From the NCBI GenBank assembly GCA_047967505.1, contig CM106538.1: a DNA stretch of 64,000 nucleotides. One strand, written 5' to 3'. This document shows positions 22,900 to 38,200 of the stretch, piece by piece. This DNA comes from Dipteris shenzhenensis (Eukaryota). Made by a program: the position numbers and the translations under genes. Each line of letters starts with the position of its first letter. Within the stretch, counting starts at the first letter, position 1. The notes under the pieces were generated by a model. It saw nothing but the letters and a program-made list of their open reading frames with translations. It was not told the DNA's origin and made no database searches.

Positions 22900-25330
22900 A
22901 CCTACATGCACCTGAGGTCTAGAAGGGTGCTTGTATCTGAACCTGAACTAGATGCAAATCTGAGAGCCTCCAAGGCCCCAAATTTTAGCTCGTTCTTACC
23001 ACATTCCCCCATTCCCCACTCCTTCTACCATATCCTCTTGGCTCTAAGAAACCGTTTCCAGCATGATGGGAAGATTTGGACTATCATATCCATCTTAGAT
23101 GGTGAACTCATTTGCTAGACAGAGTCAACTACTAGAGGAGACGTAGGCCCACCCCAACAAACCATGAATGAGGCTATGAGAGTGCACCAACTTTTACCAT
23201 ATGAATGAATACTACAGCACCACATGTATGATTTTATGAGGGAGGACACCCATTTAATGATAATTTTGAGCCAAGGATGCCAAGTGATTATTAGCCACAA
23301 AATCCTATGGAATGGATGAATGGGCAAACTGAATCTAGGGAGGATACATTGCCTAGAACATCGACTTCCTCACCCCTGTTATATCCAATTTGGGGTAGCA
23401 TCTTAGAGAATACTTCCTACCTAGCAACTGCTCCCTAAAGAATGGTACTCAACCTAAGTGTCCCTATGTGTAGGACACCATCAATGTAGCTAGAGGGTAG
23501 CTAGTAAGACCAAGCCTACCACATATGTTAGTCCTAGATCTAGTAGGTCAGGAACCACCAATCCCACTTTTGTCCAACCTATGACCTTTTAAAATAATCC
23601 TCCAAGACAACCCATAGATGGAACAGTGCCTCCCCACTAGTAAATCCTCTCGTGCCACAAATGATGCTTATTAATGATGTTATAAGGATCCTAATGCAAG
23701 CACTAGGAAGGGGGGCCATGCCACCAACCTTCATTGGAAGGGATAGCAACTCTCCGAGGAGTAATACTATCACAATCTCCAAACTCGACATGAAGTTTTT
23801 AGGTGAAGGAGACCTAGTGTCCCATGTAGAAATATTTGAGCAAATTTGTGAAACCTTTGGGGACCTTGGAGACCTAGATAAAGTCAATATTTTTGGGTTG
23901 AGCCTAGATGGCAGGGCAAGTCAATGGTACATGGCTCTAAACCCCGAGGATAGAATCAATTGGGACACATTACAAAGATCATTAATAGTGGGTCATGGTC
24001 CCAAATGGAGCCCCATTATTCAATTATATGAGGTCAAGCAAAAGGAGACCAAATCACTTTGTGACTACATTGCCCAAATCAAGCACTTGAACTCATGGTG
24101 CAAACCAGATGAGAGGATGATGCACAACTCTTGCCGAGCTCTTGCCATGATTTTTCATAGGGTTGTTGGACTCCAAGCTCCATGACCATCTCTTTGCAAT
24201 TAGTCCCATGTCATTCCTGATATGTAGCAAGACTGCTATATGCTTAGGTGATAATATGAAAGAGAAAGCTCAAGGAGAGAAATCACAAGTAGCTTCATCA
24301 AAAGTATCCCAAACTGCCAAGACCACTAGTTCAGGTGAAGCTAAGGATACAAATCCACTCGACAAGGGCATGAATATGGAAGAGTTGGCCACCAACTTGT
24401 TGAATCATCTAAGCCAAAAACTCAAGGGAGGATTGGCCCTAGCAATCCTCACCTATTTCCAAGGTGTGATAACATGTGGTGTGGCATCTGCATGGAAAAT
24501 CATCCCACCAATGAGGGCCCTCACATTAGGGCAAGGCCAGCACTATATTGTGCTCATTGTACATGATGGGTAAAGCATGAGACCTCACAATTATTCTATC
24601 ATAAGGTCATTTCCTAGCTGATGTATCAAAAAAGTCTACCTCTGACATTGCTTACACCAATGAATCTGTCCAACTAGGGACAATTGACTATTCAAGGAGC
24701 CACTCCTACCACCCAGGTGCAATATAGGGCTCAAAACCTTTCATTACCTCCACCCATACTAGGTCCTCAACCACCTCCACCTTGGATCACACCTATGAAT
24801 CAAGTGATAGTAGAGGAATGACCCAGTGATTGGGAAGAGCCAGATCACACCCTCTTGATTATTGATTACTCTCAATACGAGAGTCCCCAAACCAGTCCAC
24901 TATAGAAGCCATTATGTTATGCAAGAAGAGCAATATATCTCAATCTATTAGAGAGCTGTTATCTCTTAGAAGGCTAGGAATATGAACACCTTGACCCAAA
25001 AACCACCGATTATACATGTCAAAGTCCCCATAAGGCTAGTGAGTGTCCATACAAGACAAGAACCAATCAACCATTGTCGTGCTACAAGTTCCAAGGGCCT
25101 CACTATTTAAAGGATTGCCCATCTAAGGGTGACTAGCCTCTGCCAACACCAAATACCACCAATGTAGGTGCACTATTGCACTTTGGTTGTGGTGTGGATC
25201 ATCTTTATAAATGTTGTTTGATGCAAAGGACCCCTAGAATAGCCATGGACCCTAAATGTAGCATGAAATTGCTGAGTATAGAAAAAGGAAAAGTATCGAC
25301 AGTATTCTTAAATATAATAACCAGGGCCCT
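22900..25330 (+). mobile_element. Ty3/Gypsy element A, decayed gag
   Basis: Retrotrans_gag-like ORF 23652 (KFLGEGDLVSHVEIFE..FGLSLDGRASQWY..WDTLQ..KQKETKSLCDYI), zinc-knuckle remnants to ~25200, ends near NIITRA. Confidence 0.85.
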
Positions 25331-26149
25331 TGAGGCACCATCTTAATATGTATTATGTTACTACCCTAGCCTAAAATCTAGGGTATGGGGGAATAAGTTC
25401 CATATATAATATGCATGGATTCCCTACAAAATTTTTAAATATTCAAGGGAAAATTATGACAATCTCCAGTCCTCCCTACCACAAAGCATAAGGTTCATAT
25501 TTCAAAAAACATGAAAGATTTTAAGATTTGTACATTTTTTTATAATATGTGAGACCCAAGGGGGGTTCTTTTGGATGAAATGGGTTAAAACAAAACATAC
25601 ATTAAAATGCAAAAACCCAACTCCTTTAAAAATCATGCAAGTTTTTCATGGGTTACCCAAATTTCAAGGTGTAAAGACATATTTGAAGCTCTTTTAGTGT
25701 AGACCACAATCATGCTAATTTGACTAACTTTACTCATGGCATATTGTTAAATTCTTCTCATACTCAAAATTTTCATAGGTATTATTACTAAAGGGAGTTG
25801 GCACCCCAAGCTAGGCCCAAGCTAGAGCCTTTAGCAAGGAACTTCACAACAGCCCAAAAGGAATGAAGGTATTCCCTCCCAATCTAAAGAGGCAAATAAT
25901 AAGGACATAATTAAAGTGGGAGAGGTCTTGATAAGGTGTTTATCCAAAATAGTCGATGAGGACACAACCACCTTGTCTACGTCATGCTCTTCTAGCCAGA
26001 ATCCTTTGGTCAAGAACCAATTTAATTAGTAGCCTAAAGGAAGGGATGGTCCTTGGGAAGTGTTGACTTATAGGGAACCTATGGCCCCTAAAGGTTAGGA
26101 ATTTCCAAGGTCATCCCAACAATAGGTAATGTCAAATTTTCTTGACTGA

Positions 26150-29100
26150 ATAGATCTTTCCCACAGGCTTCTCATTCAGTGATGGAATAATTCTTCTCAG
26201 CCATCGAAAGTCATCGGCTCACATAATAGATTGGGTGATACCATTTGTCTTCATCCTCTTGCATCAAGATGCTACCACTAGCTCTATCCAAAGCATCAAC
26301 AAACACATGAAAATTATTCCCCCAATCAGGGGACATCAACACTAGTGTGGGTGAGAGTTGAATTTTGAGTTACCTATGCCTTATCACATTCCTCTGCCCA
26401 TAGAAGCGCCTTTGGCTCCACATGAGCTAGTGCATTTAGGGGAATGGCCATGTGAGCCAAAAACCACAAATGTCTGCCATGCCATTGAATCTAACCTAGG
26501 AACCACAAGCACTCTTTAGGCATTGTTGGGGTAGGTTCTTCCATGATCACGGCCACTTTGTCTGGATCAACCACAATTCCCTTCGCCGAGATGACATGAC
26601 CCAAGAGTCACTCGCTACGTACTGCGAATGTGCATTTCATGGGATTCAAATTGAAAGACACCTCCTGACATCGCTGGAAGCACTTCTATAGATGCTCCAA
26701 GTGCTCAGTGTGAATGTTCCAAACACGCTAATGTCATCCAAAACGATCACCATGAACTGCATCAAATATGAGCCAAAATTTTCATGCATGGCTCGTTGAA
26801 AAGTGGAGGGAGCACTCTGCCATCCGAACAACATGACTGTGCATACATATACTCCCCACAATATGATGAATGTTGTCTTTGGCTGATCTTTTGGAGCCAT
26901 CCAGATTTGGTTGTACCCACTATACCCATCCAAAAATGAGTACACCTCATGACCCACCACTTCATCAAGCATTGAGTCCATGTACGATAGAGGAAAGGGA
27001 TCTGGTATCATGGCCGCATTCAGTTTGCGGTAATCCACACAAATCCACAAATTTTTATTTTCCTTAGGCACAATGACAATTGGTGATATCCACTACAGAT
27101 TCTCAATTGGTGCTATGAATCCCACCCTCAGTATAATAAGCACTCCAACTCCTCCCGCAATTGTTTGGCCACATGAGGATTCATTCAATACCTCTATATC
27201 TTGGTCAGAGTCGGCTTCAAGTTCACTTGATGTTGGTAGAACTTTGGATCTAAGCCCTTCATGTCGGCATAGTCCCAGGCGAACACATTGGAGAAGTCCC
27301 TCAGTAGTGCTATCAATGTTGTTTAGAATTATATTGTCAGAAGAGTGCTAATTTTTATTGGTTTTGATGCGCCATCTTTCCCCACAAAGACTTTGTCCAG
27401 CGCATCTTCTTGCACCCTTGTGATTCGGCTCATCTGTTCCTCAAATTTTTGCTCCTGCTTACAAAAGGTCCCACAAATCCATGTCGGCTGCTGTCGCTTG
27501 TTGTTGCATGGCCACCTCATCCTGGACTACACTGATGGAGCCCATAAAAAGGTTTTGGTGAAGATAATGCCCCGTAATTTCCTCCACATTGACCATAAAT
27601 TGTGGGACCAAATCTGGGTTGGCTTTGAGGAATGCCTCTTCTTCATCATCATCTAGGCCATCTGCCATATTCACCATCTCTGCCAGTACTAGTTGCACTG
27701 CATCTATCAAGGGCGCCGCTACTCCCATTGCAACCCGCACCTTCTTCTTGCCTCTCTACATAGAGATGACATTATGCTCCCAATTCTGCTTGACCTTCGC
27801 TTGGCGCAGCCAAGGCCTACCCAAGAGCACACTGTATTCTGGTGTCGGAGCCTCCATATTCAACACCACAAAGGAAATGATGAACGAGATGCCAGCCACC
27901 TCCAAGACTACTGCTCGTAAGACCCCTAGTGGCCAAACTCGATGATGTTGATCTGCCATGCAGACTAGGAATGGCACTGGTTCCCATGACATCCATCCCA
28001 TTTCTTGGCATGTCTTCAAGGTGATGATGTTAACTCCAAAACCTCTGTCCACCAGAACTTGCTCAAATGTCCGGCCTTGTGCTTTTGCCATAATCACCAG
28101 AATCCTTATATCCATGAGAGGAACTACCGATACCAGAGAAGAATCAGCTTGGGATACACCAACCTCTTTCGGCTCTGAATCCTTGTTAAGGGATTGCAGC
28201 AATTGTCAATGGAATTTGACTACCAAGTTGATCAACCTACCAAGTGAAATCTGCATAGGTGCCCCCAAAATGAATTCCATTTCCGGCTCCTTTTGTGGAG
28301 AAGTTGACCGCTTCCTGGCTTGATTAGCTACCAACAGTGGAGCTACTTTGACTACCTTCGGACCATTTCCAGGTAAATGAAGTTTGAACTTTTCTTGGAC
28401 AATTTTCGGCTCCAATTGGGCAACCGGGATCTGCAAACTGCACCTTGCGTGACACTTCGGTTGTTGTTGCTAGCGCAACTAACTTTATCAAAGGGGCCTC
28501 TTTTGCCACCAAATCCCAAACCTGATGTCACACTTGCTCCTATACTAGCCAATCCAACATCGTGCCACCTTTCTTTGCAGTCGCACCTTGGAATTTTGTA
28601 CCAACACGTGTGATGATACTGATTTTCGGGCATACCAATGGATCATCCTATAGAATGTGCACCATGGAGGCACTCGGCATTTTCCCCATCAACTTTTGCC
28701 ACTCTACTTGTTGCCAATCCCACTCGTGAGCATCTAGGCATTCATTCCGCCAATGGCCTTCTCCCAAACAGAACAAACATGTTGTCGGTCGATTTTACCC
28801 ATGACCACCACCACCGCATCTATAACCGCTGCCACCGCCTCATTGGCTCATGGATTGTGGATGCTCCTCTTATAGATAGGATGCTCCCAAATCTTGCTCA
28901 CTAGAAGCTAGCCACTGCGGTTGACCCATTGCGCATGGCCCGTGATTATTATAGTGGTAGCCTGTTGTGTTGTGGGTGTTGGTCATGCATATCGCACACC
29001 ATTTTTCTTTGAGCATGCACTCCATTGCTGAATGCCCCAGATTATGGCAGTGGGTGCACCATTATCCTTTCAATTCTTTTCCAATCGATCCATCACCGGA

Positions 29101-30705
29101 AGTCCCTAGAGTGACCTTTTCTCCTTTAGAGGCTTTTCGGGTCTTCTTCTCCGCTTTCGAGTCGGACTCCTCACACTGCTGGTTTCTTCAAGGCTCTCTT
29201 TGGAACTATCATCCTCTGAACCTTGATCACTGTCATTTGACTTCTTGGATTTTGTAGATTTCTTCTTGGCTTTGGCTTTTGAGGACTTGCAATTATTGGC
29301 CACTCTGCTGTGTAGAGCCTCTCCCACTTGCACCGCTTGTTCCACGATTGCTTTGAGCCCCGTTGGACCCGATCCATTGTAGCCAATGCCGTCTACAAAT
29401 CACGAGACAACCCCAAAATGAAGTAGTCGTTCAGCACTTCTTGGGTAGGCCAATCCGTCATAGGAACATGTTGCAAAAGTAGATAAAATTGGGCCACATA
29501 ATCCTCCACATCTTGATCTCCTTGAGCCAACTGCCATAGTCCTTCCAGTTGTTTTCTCTTTATAATACCGTCTCACGAACGTGGTGCGGATGAGATCATA
29601 TGTGGTGAAATGGTCCACCGCATACTCTGCAAGCCACCTTGATGCCTTGCCTACCAAGGTCGATTCAAACACTGCCTCTGTCAGAGTGCCACCACGGGTG
29701 GCGTATTGTTTACCACATACACCTTCTCAAACTGTCTGACATGAGCATCGGGATCATCGCTTTTCTTCTAAAAAAACTTGGTGTACTTAACTTGGCCCAT
29801 CATCGGTCCACCTCCTGTGGGTGGAACAATTGGTCATCCACATCTTCATGGCCCTCCCTGATCGAAGAGGTTGCAAGAGGCAGCCAAAACCACTATCAGA
29901 GAAGAGGATGCAGTTAGCACCGTGCGCCCATCCACCAACAAAACACACACACTCAAGCTGATCGTGTATGAGGTGGTGAGTGTGAATGTGAAGGTGTTCC
30001 TTGGCGATGATTCGATCCGCCCGAGGAACCCTGAGACATCTCATCCCCATGATCAGGGTAACTCCTCCGCTAACGTATCCATGTTGTTGGTGTCAAAGGA
30101 TCAGGAGGACCCTGTGAACGTGTTTGCATACATGGTTATTGTGAGGATAGCAAGTGCAAAATCAGCTCCCAAGACCACCGAATGAGGTTGTTCACGGAAA
30201 TCTCTACACTTGCCCTACCGTAAGCAGGGTGGTGTGGTTCCATCTGCATTAGATGGAGCTCATCTTGAAATTTTGAATGTGACATCTCACCACTGCAATC
30301 TCCTCCTAAACCTCTACACAAGTGCGTGGCGATGCCTGCAACCGAGCATGTAATGTTCCTCCGCAATTACAACAGGAAGAGGATGACATGAGCATGAAAA
30401 CACCCTACTAGAGATAGGTTATTTGCCAAATCGTGACTTTCCTTACGTGCGTAGTAAGAATGCGCATTGTGATTGCCAATGTGTAGCGTCACTATACCGC
30501 ACAGACACGGGGCAATGCAAATGAATACACATCGCATCATGTACTAAAAACATAGAGAGAATAAGAAAAGAGGAAGATTGCCACCACAATACTACGTAAG
30601 ATGTGTATAACTCAAAGCAAGATCTCATATATCTCTCTAGGAAGAACAGATTCAAAATGCTAGTAATAGCAGGCATACAAGAACAAGATATCGGGACCCG
30701 AACCA
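26150..30705 (-). mobile_element. Ty3/Gypsy element B (decayed gag-protease-RT-RNaseH start, partial 5' LTR), antisense inside element A
   Basis: gag FESTLVGKASRWL (29672); protease VLVDRGFGVN..LLGRPWL (27756-28202); RT LWICVDYRKLN, SFLDGYSGYNQI, FGWQSAPSTFQR, VLDD (26646-27071). LTR-like end ...GTGACGCTACA at ~30482. Confidence 0.9.
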
Positions 30706-30899
30706 TCAGCCGTTGCGACTAACCTACCCATGCACACCCCTCACAGTCACTGTTTCTAACCCGCATGGTTATGCAACAACAATCCACTTGTCAAAAATGC
30801 TCCGTATCCTAATGCTAAATTGGAGATGGCTCAATTTTAAGAACTCCATCAATGGGCAGAGAAGGAACAAGCCCAATTTTAAGCTTATAAGCAATTGCA

Positions 30900-33800
30900 A
30901 CATCCAATCCCTGACTTGGCTCCACCAAGTCTCGGCACCATAATCGAGCCTGTGTTCCATCAACTAGGGCCATAACATAATGCTCTGCAATGTCAACTAG
31001 AAGGTGCAACCCTCTCAAGCCTCCTAAGTTGCCCTATCTCCATCCCTATTGAAATTATCTTATAGAATTGTCCAACCTTTGGGTGAGTTTTAAGGGATGG
31101 GTTGAATCAAAAAATGTCCCTACACCTGTGGAATAAACATAAGACATCCCAGTCCGATTGGGTGAGAGAGGTGACAAAAGCAATATCATTGTGCCTTCAA
31201 TCCATGAAGCACATGATGAGGTCCAAGCCATGGAGGTGTAGGTTTGAATGGTCTATCAAAAGATCTCTATGATGCATGGGGTCTACCACGATGAAGAAAG
31301 CTCATTTTAACATCCACCTTGTAGATGATTCACACACAAAACCCTTGGGCATAGTGGATGGGGTACCCACAAAGGTAGCCAAGCTACAATTCTCCCTCCA
31401 GTTCAAAGTCTTGGATCTCCCTAATATTTTCTATCAATTTTTACTCAGATTCCCTTAGCTACAAGAAGCATCAGTGCTCCATGATTGGGGTACAGATCGA
31501 CTCACAATATAAAATCACAACACGGCAGTGAGAATCAATGTGGGGACGTGAGCAATCAAACCCATTGTGTCAAGACCATTGGATGATACCTCTTCTACCA
31601 CAACATCTAGAAAATCAGCCCTCCCACCACAAAATGTCTTGGCACATGACACACAAAGTAATATTAAAAATTGGATCCAAGCATTGGCAACACTCGACAA
31701 TTGCCATGCACTAGATCTAGTCCTCCTAGAAAATGATGCAAAAGTCATGTAAGTAGGATCTCCACTCATGCTTGAGAGTTCAATTGATCCTACGATTCCA
31801 ATGTTTATGGCCTACCTTGAATGGGATAGTGGTCCAGAAGAGACTATCATTGACAGTGATGGATCTGATGGACCATGGACCTAGAGAAAGAGGCTAAAAA
31901 TGCTCAATTGTAAGACCATGTCTTCGATAGTGATTTAGCCATTTTGGATGCCCTCATGGTTGTTGAGTTTCCCCGAGTTGAACATCCAAAATTACATAAT
32001 AGTAGGAGATCTCAGAAGAAAACCAAAGGGGGGAATCCTTATAAAGCCAAGGTTGAGCATTACATTGAGTTTGAAAGAGTTCAACGAAGTATTGTGGATC
32101 TGTACCTCACCAAGCTAGTACCACCAGTAGCAACTGAACCTCCTAAACTTGAATGAGACCCAAAAGATCTTGAAGGATCATGCACAATAGATGAACCATT
32201 ACTTGGGAATACTTTGTCAGTGGAAAAGTTACCTCACAATTCCCAAAGTAAAAAGTTTCAAAAGTTCAAATTGCATGTGAGAATGAAGAGTGATCTTAAC
32301 ACTACAGCAAAAGAAATACCCCAAGGTACTAAAAGAATTGATGGTGATAATAATGCCCCCATTGATTATACCACCATGTGTTCAACCGATTCAAAACAAT
32401 TAGAGGTGGATATCTATGAAGTACTAGATTACTTCAAGAACTATACAAGTGGTAGTGCCCCCATAGCAATTCCAAGACCACTAAGGGAGTCTGAAGTACA
32501 AGAATGTGATAGCATTGGTGAGACTTCAATGTATGAGGTCCCAACCAAAACCAAAACAATCAACCTTGCCCTTGAAGGGGAGGAAGAAAAATTAGTGCTC
32601 ATTGGGAAATAATTCACCCAAGAAGAAGCAACAAAACTCAATTCGCTCCTAATTGCATACCAAGACTTCCTAGCATGGTCATACAAAGAGATGAAAGGAA
32701 GTTTACTAGAAGCTGCCATACAAACCATAACTAAACTTAGGGAAGGTGCCCACCCTAAGGTATGTGGACCATATCAAACAAAGCCCAAATATGGCACCAT
32801 AGTGTATGATGAACTGGAAAATCTCTTAGATGCAAGCTTCATCTATCAGATAGAGCACACCGATTGGGTTTCCCCATCATTATTGTGCCTAAACATAACA
32901 AGAAGCTGTGGATATGTGTGAACTTAAAGAATATTAATGCTGCCACCATCAAGGATCACTATCCCTTTCCCCTAACAGAAATAGTATTAGAAAAGGTGGC
33001 AGGATCGAAAATATATAGCTTCTTAAATAGATTTAGTGGCTACAATCAAGTGCAAATAGATCCTAAAGATCAATCTAAAACATCATTTGCAACAAAATGG
33101 GGAATCTTTCCTAGAGAGTCATGCCGTTTGGATTATGCAATGCCCCAGCCACATTCCAAAGAGTTATCCTTACTGCCTTCAAGTCTTTGCTCAAAAAGAT
33201 TCTACACATCGTCTTAGATGACTTGTGCATCCATTACAACAAGCAAGACCACCTACAATGCCTCGATGCAATTATCATCAAATGCAAGGAGTATGGCATC
33301 TCCCTAAATCCAAAAAAATGCCAGTTCATAGTCACCCACAGAGCTGTTTTGGGACACATCATCTCATAACATAGAATTGCAATTGACATGGACAAAATCA
33401 AAATCATTATGGAATTACCATCCCCACATAATTCAAAAGGAGTGTAGGTCTTTATGGAACATGTTGGCTACTATAGAAGATTCATCTTGCGGTATGCCAT
33501 GATAGACTACCTTCTTTTGGATGGAGTGTTGTGATCAAGCCTTTGAGCTTCTAAAATGGTGTCTAATCATAGCACTGATCCTCATAGCGCTCGATTGGGA
33601 TATTGATTTTCATGTCCACACTAATGGCTCTAAGGATTCAATTGGGATTGTACTCTATCAACCTAGGGATCAAAAGAAGGATTACCCAATTTACTTTGCG
33701 AGTCGCACCAACTCAATGATGTTGAAATCAACTACACAAGTGCCAAAAGAGAAGCACTAGCATGGTTTATAGTGAAATTTTGATACTATTTATTGGCACA

Positions 33801-35075
33801 AATGATTTTGTATTCTACACCGACCATCAAGCACTACTATATCTTGTGAATCATCCATGTACAATAGGAAGAATAACCAGATGGCTTCTCTTACTTCAAG
33901 AATTCAATTTCAAAATAGTGGTCCACAAATGTTCTCAACACTACATTGCCAATCACTTGTCTCGCGTCTCCACTGGAGTTGAAGATGACTTGCCTGACGC
34001 CACATTGTTCCAAATTGAGGATGTCCTAGAATGGTGTACTGACATCATTGGATATTTATTGATCGAAAGGCCCCCACCAAAGTTATGGCCAGTGGGAGCC
34101 CACAAAACCATAACCAAAACTGCACCATATCAACTCATAGTGGGCCAATTGCACAAAATAGATACAAATCAAATCCTACATAGATGCATTATGCCACATG
34201 AAATCCCGGTCATCATCCGTGAAGTGCATGAAGGCATTGCAGGAGGACACTTCACAGCCATAGCTCAAAAAGTTCATTCAGCTAGCTATTGGTGGCCCAC
34301 AATATGGAATGATGCCTATGATTTTGTAAAACAATGTGATGTATGCCGGCAAACTACCAAACCCTAACACAAATATTTCAATCCCCTAACTACAGATATG
34401 ACACAAAAACCCTTTGAAAAATGGGGAATTGACTTTGTAAGACCCATACATCCTACTGCTAAAGGAACACAAGGCCAGTACATCATTATGGCAACATGTT
34501 ATTTCACTAAATGGGCTAAGGTAAAAGTAGTACGCAAAGTGAATGCCAGAAGTACTACCAAGTTCCTTTATGAAAATGTAATAACACAGTATGGTTGCCC
34601 CTTGGAAATAGTCTCTGACCAAGGAACGCAGTTTGTCAATTAAGTAATACAAGAACTTCTCTCTAGATTCATGATTGTACACTAAAAGAGAACTTCCTAG
34701 TATCCTCAGGGGAATGGCAAGTAGGATCTACCAATAAAACCCTCTATAGTGTTCTAGCAAAGGTAGTGGAACCCAAACACTCTCATTGGGCAAAAAATCT
34801 CAACTCTTCCTTATGGGCCTAGAGAACCACTTTTAAGGTCAACACAAGTTTCACACCATTCCAAGTAGTATATGGTTTGGAGACAATAGTCCCATTATAA
34901 TTCATTATCCCCAGTCTATGAGTGGCATTACAAGAGCACCTTGGTGATATAGAATCCCTGGAAGCATGACTACTCCACCTTTAGAAGCATACTGAAATGA
35001 GGTTAAGAGCATACCATGTAATGACAGTAGAAAAAAGACAAAGAAAGGCATGGTTTGATAGAAATCACAAACGAC
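30900..35075 (+). mobile_element. Ty3/Gypsy element A, decayed pol (protease-RT-RNaseH-integrase)
   Basis: Protease C-part (KPLGIV..FKVLD..FLLRFP); RT (WVSP, LWICVNLKNIN, FGLCNAPATFQR, VLDD); RNaseH (FHVHTNGS, FYTDHQAL, RWLLLLQEF); integrase (HEGIAGGHF, CDVC, PFEKWGIDF, IVSDQGTQF). Truncated after KAWFDRNHK. Confidence 0.93.
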
Positions 35076-35249
35076 CACGGCCTGTGGTTTTGGATAGTGA
35101 TAGTGATGAGCAAATAAATGCAACATGCCAAGGATACATGCCATTGAACTTGAGAACCCTAGAATCAGGAGAACTAGAGGCACAACAATCGACTATGTAG
35201 GATGCAGGGGCAAAAAACAACTTGATGCCCAAGCCAACAAAGAGCTAAC

Positions 35250-38200
35250 AATAGATGGAGCAATACAACTTGTATGGCCACGAGTCGAGTCAATGTTTAC
35301 CATGTCAATCGATGCTTACAACTTCTTGTAGTCAAAGGGTCTAGGAAATCTTTTTAAGAAGCTACAATCCTTCTTACCAACACTTGCTATGACAGAATAC
35401 ATTTTTCAATTCGTAACACCATATAAAAGCATAGAGTTGGAGAAGGATAAATATGGCATAATAACATAGAATGAAAGCCCTTAGAGATCTACCTTAGTAG
35501 ATCCACAATGCAAGAAGCTTTCTCATTCCCAGAGGCACAAGAAGAATATCCAAAGAAATAGTTGGATGTAAGATTCTCTAAGATTTAGGATTTATTCCTA
35601 CCTAACACAAAGTCAAAAAGCGGGGTAATGTGCCATGAAATGTTTATGGACCCCATATGCAAAGAGGCAGCCAAGTTTCTTGCTGACATTTTCAATCATA
35701 CAAGAGAGAAAAAATTACATGTCCGTAAAAACTCTTACACTACTTGGCACTCCTTGGCAATCCGAATAGATTCCAAAGAATGACAATGTGGAACTTTGCC
35801 AAAGAGTTCTGCAACTCATTTCAGTATTGCTACCACAACAGAAGGACTCAAGGGAAGAAATCCAAGAGGAGACAATGCCATCCAATGACTTTACAAGTGA
35901 GGCAAAGAGTATGCCTCTTCAATAATCACAAGTCAACAGCATTGATGACTCCATGGCTCTAGGGTTACAACCCCAAAATGTCTCTAGTGGCAAACTACAA
36001 TAGACTGCTATTCAGGAAAGAAGTCAAAACTCCACATGGACTCATGAGAGTCAACTATATGACCAATACAAGCAAGGCAATAGCACATTCCATATCATAC
36101 AACACGCAATCAACAATTGCAACAATGGTCACAGTTATTTGCTACCATGGCATCAAATGAGCAAGAAAGAGAAATGGAAAGACAGATGCTCCCATCACTC
36201 CAAACCAAGTTGCAAAGTGCTGAGACTTAAATTCATAAGCTCAAGGAATGCATGGCAGAGCAAATGCAGCAATAGCTCCTTGCACAAAATGCTCTACTAG
36301 AAAGTAGGAAGGAAAAACACCTACAGCTATCTGATGCCTTGAGTAGAAAGGAAGAGCTCGAGTTATCCCTCTCCCAAATGCAAGTCACTTATGATGATCT
36401 AAAGAAAGAAATGGTGCACTTAAACAAAAGCCTGCTACTTAAAGAGGAACAAATCCATGCCACAATAGACATAAACAATGAGTTGCAACATAGTTTCAAA
36501 GAAGGTAAGCATCAAATTCAAGCACTAGAGAAGGAATGCATAGCATCAAGGGAGACACTTGTGAATGCCCAAAGCAGAATTGGGTGCTCAAGAACAAGAG
36601 ATACTCCAACTCCGCATGCTTAATAATCAATTGCTAGGGCAACAAAGCAGCTCAACAATTCAATACTCTAAAGCTTGAATACACCTCAACGCTGGGTAAG
36701 TATAAAGAAAAGTGTATAGAGTTGTAAAACAAAAAGGCAATAATTTCCAAGTTGGCACTTCGACTACTAAGTCAAGCTGATGACGATGCGGAGGAGTCAA
36801 CACAAGGGCATCACTACAGCTTGCTACAGTCTTCCAGCAAGAGGATCACCTTGAAGGAAGAATACACATTCAGTGGAAACACTTGCAAATCAAAATGTTA
36901 GGTGCAGTGCCTATGGACCAGGCCACAATGAGCACTAAGACTCTCCGAGATCTATGTCAGCAAATGGATGAAGACGAGAGAAATGTGTTCTATCTCTCAG
37001 TGCATGCAAATCTCATATGGTTTAAGCCTGATGCAATACTTCTATATGAGTGATCGGAAGTCCCCCCTCTTTGGGTAGTAGTTGGGGACTCCTACCCTTA
37101 CTGCAACAATCACCATCAACTTCCTTGGGATATAAATTCAGACAAATCGTACATTGAAGCTAACAATGCCTACCAGAAGTGACAAAGATCTACCAGCGGA
37201 ATATGTGGTTTACCTTCAATCTAATCTCTCCTATCCTGCCACTCTCTTTTCTGATCTTCTCACATCCCTCCCTAACTCCACCTCCATCCTTCGTACCATT
37301 CCAAAAATCCATGCTAACCCATATTCCTTGCCATGTCTCTTCACCCATGCCTCTCAACACTACCTCTTAATCCAAGAATCCAACTTTTATCATCCAATAA
37401 CACCTAGCTTTTTTTCATCACTTGAAAATCCTCCCCTTGAGGACTATCAAGTCGCTCAATCCATTTGCCCTGCTCTCCCTCCACGTTCTATCGACATCCC
37501 TACTTCTACCTTCTCAAATTTACTACTTGCTTCTACCTCAAGTTTGTCCTCTATAACCTCTTCCTCTCCCCCAAGACCACATATTCCTTAGATCTCACTT
37601 GAGAATCCAATGAAGGCACCATTAATGATTCCATCAATGAGCTTCACGAATTGGATAATCCAAATCTCACACCCACACGGGAGTTGCAACAGAATACAAA
37701 CATGATTCCCATGCCTAGAAATCCCATTGGTGATTCTTGGAAGCAATACCCAAACATGCTGTTAAGAGGAGGATGGGAACTCTCTGGAATTTCAATGAAT
37801 ATTTGCCAGCGCAAATCACTCCAGACATAAGCAACAAATTGAAGCCACAATCTGCTTAGCGTAGACCAAAGCTGCTCAAAGAAAAGTAACTCCTTGAGTA
37901 AGTACTTACAAGCTCCATCTTCCTTTCAAACGCATCCCACATTTGATGTGGTACCCCATCGCTACCGGTGGGATGCCAATCATCATGATCCAAATAAGGT
38001 ATGGCTGCTAATCAAGAGAAACTCCAAGATCAAATGGACAAGCCAAGGAACACTCATCAGAGCCTTGGACAAAACATGCATAAATTATGCAAGGTAATTA
38101 TAACAAAACACTCAAGGAGAGTGCAAAATACAGAGAAGCTTTAGTAATAATCTTGAAGGTACCCAACCTCAGTTTCAACCCAAATCAACAGCAGATAGAT

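Noticed and set aside
22450-22900. 5' LTR of Gypsy element A matching sequence after 39100
   Set aside because: I could not find a convincing direct-repeat pair or PBS by eye.
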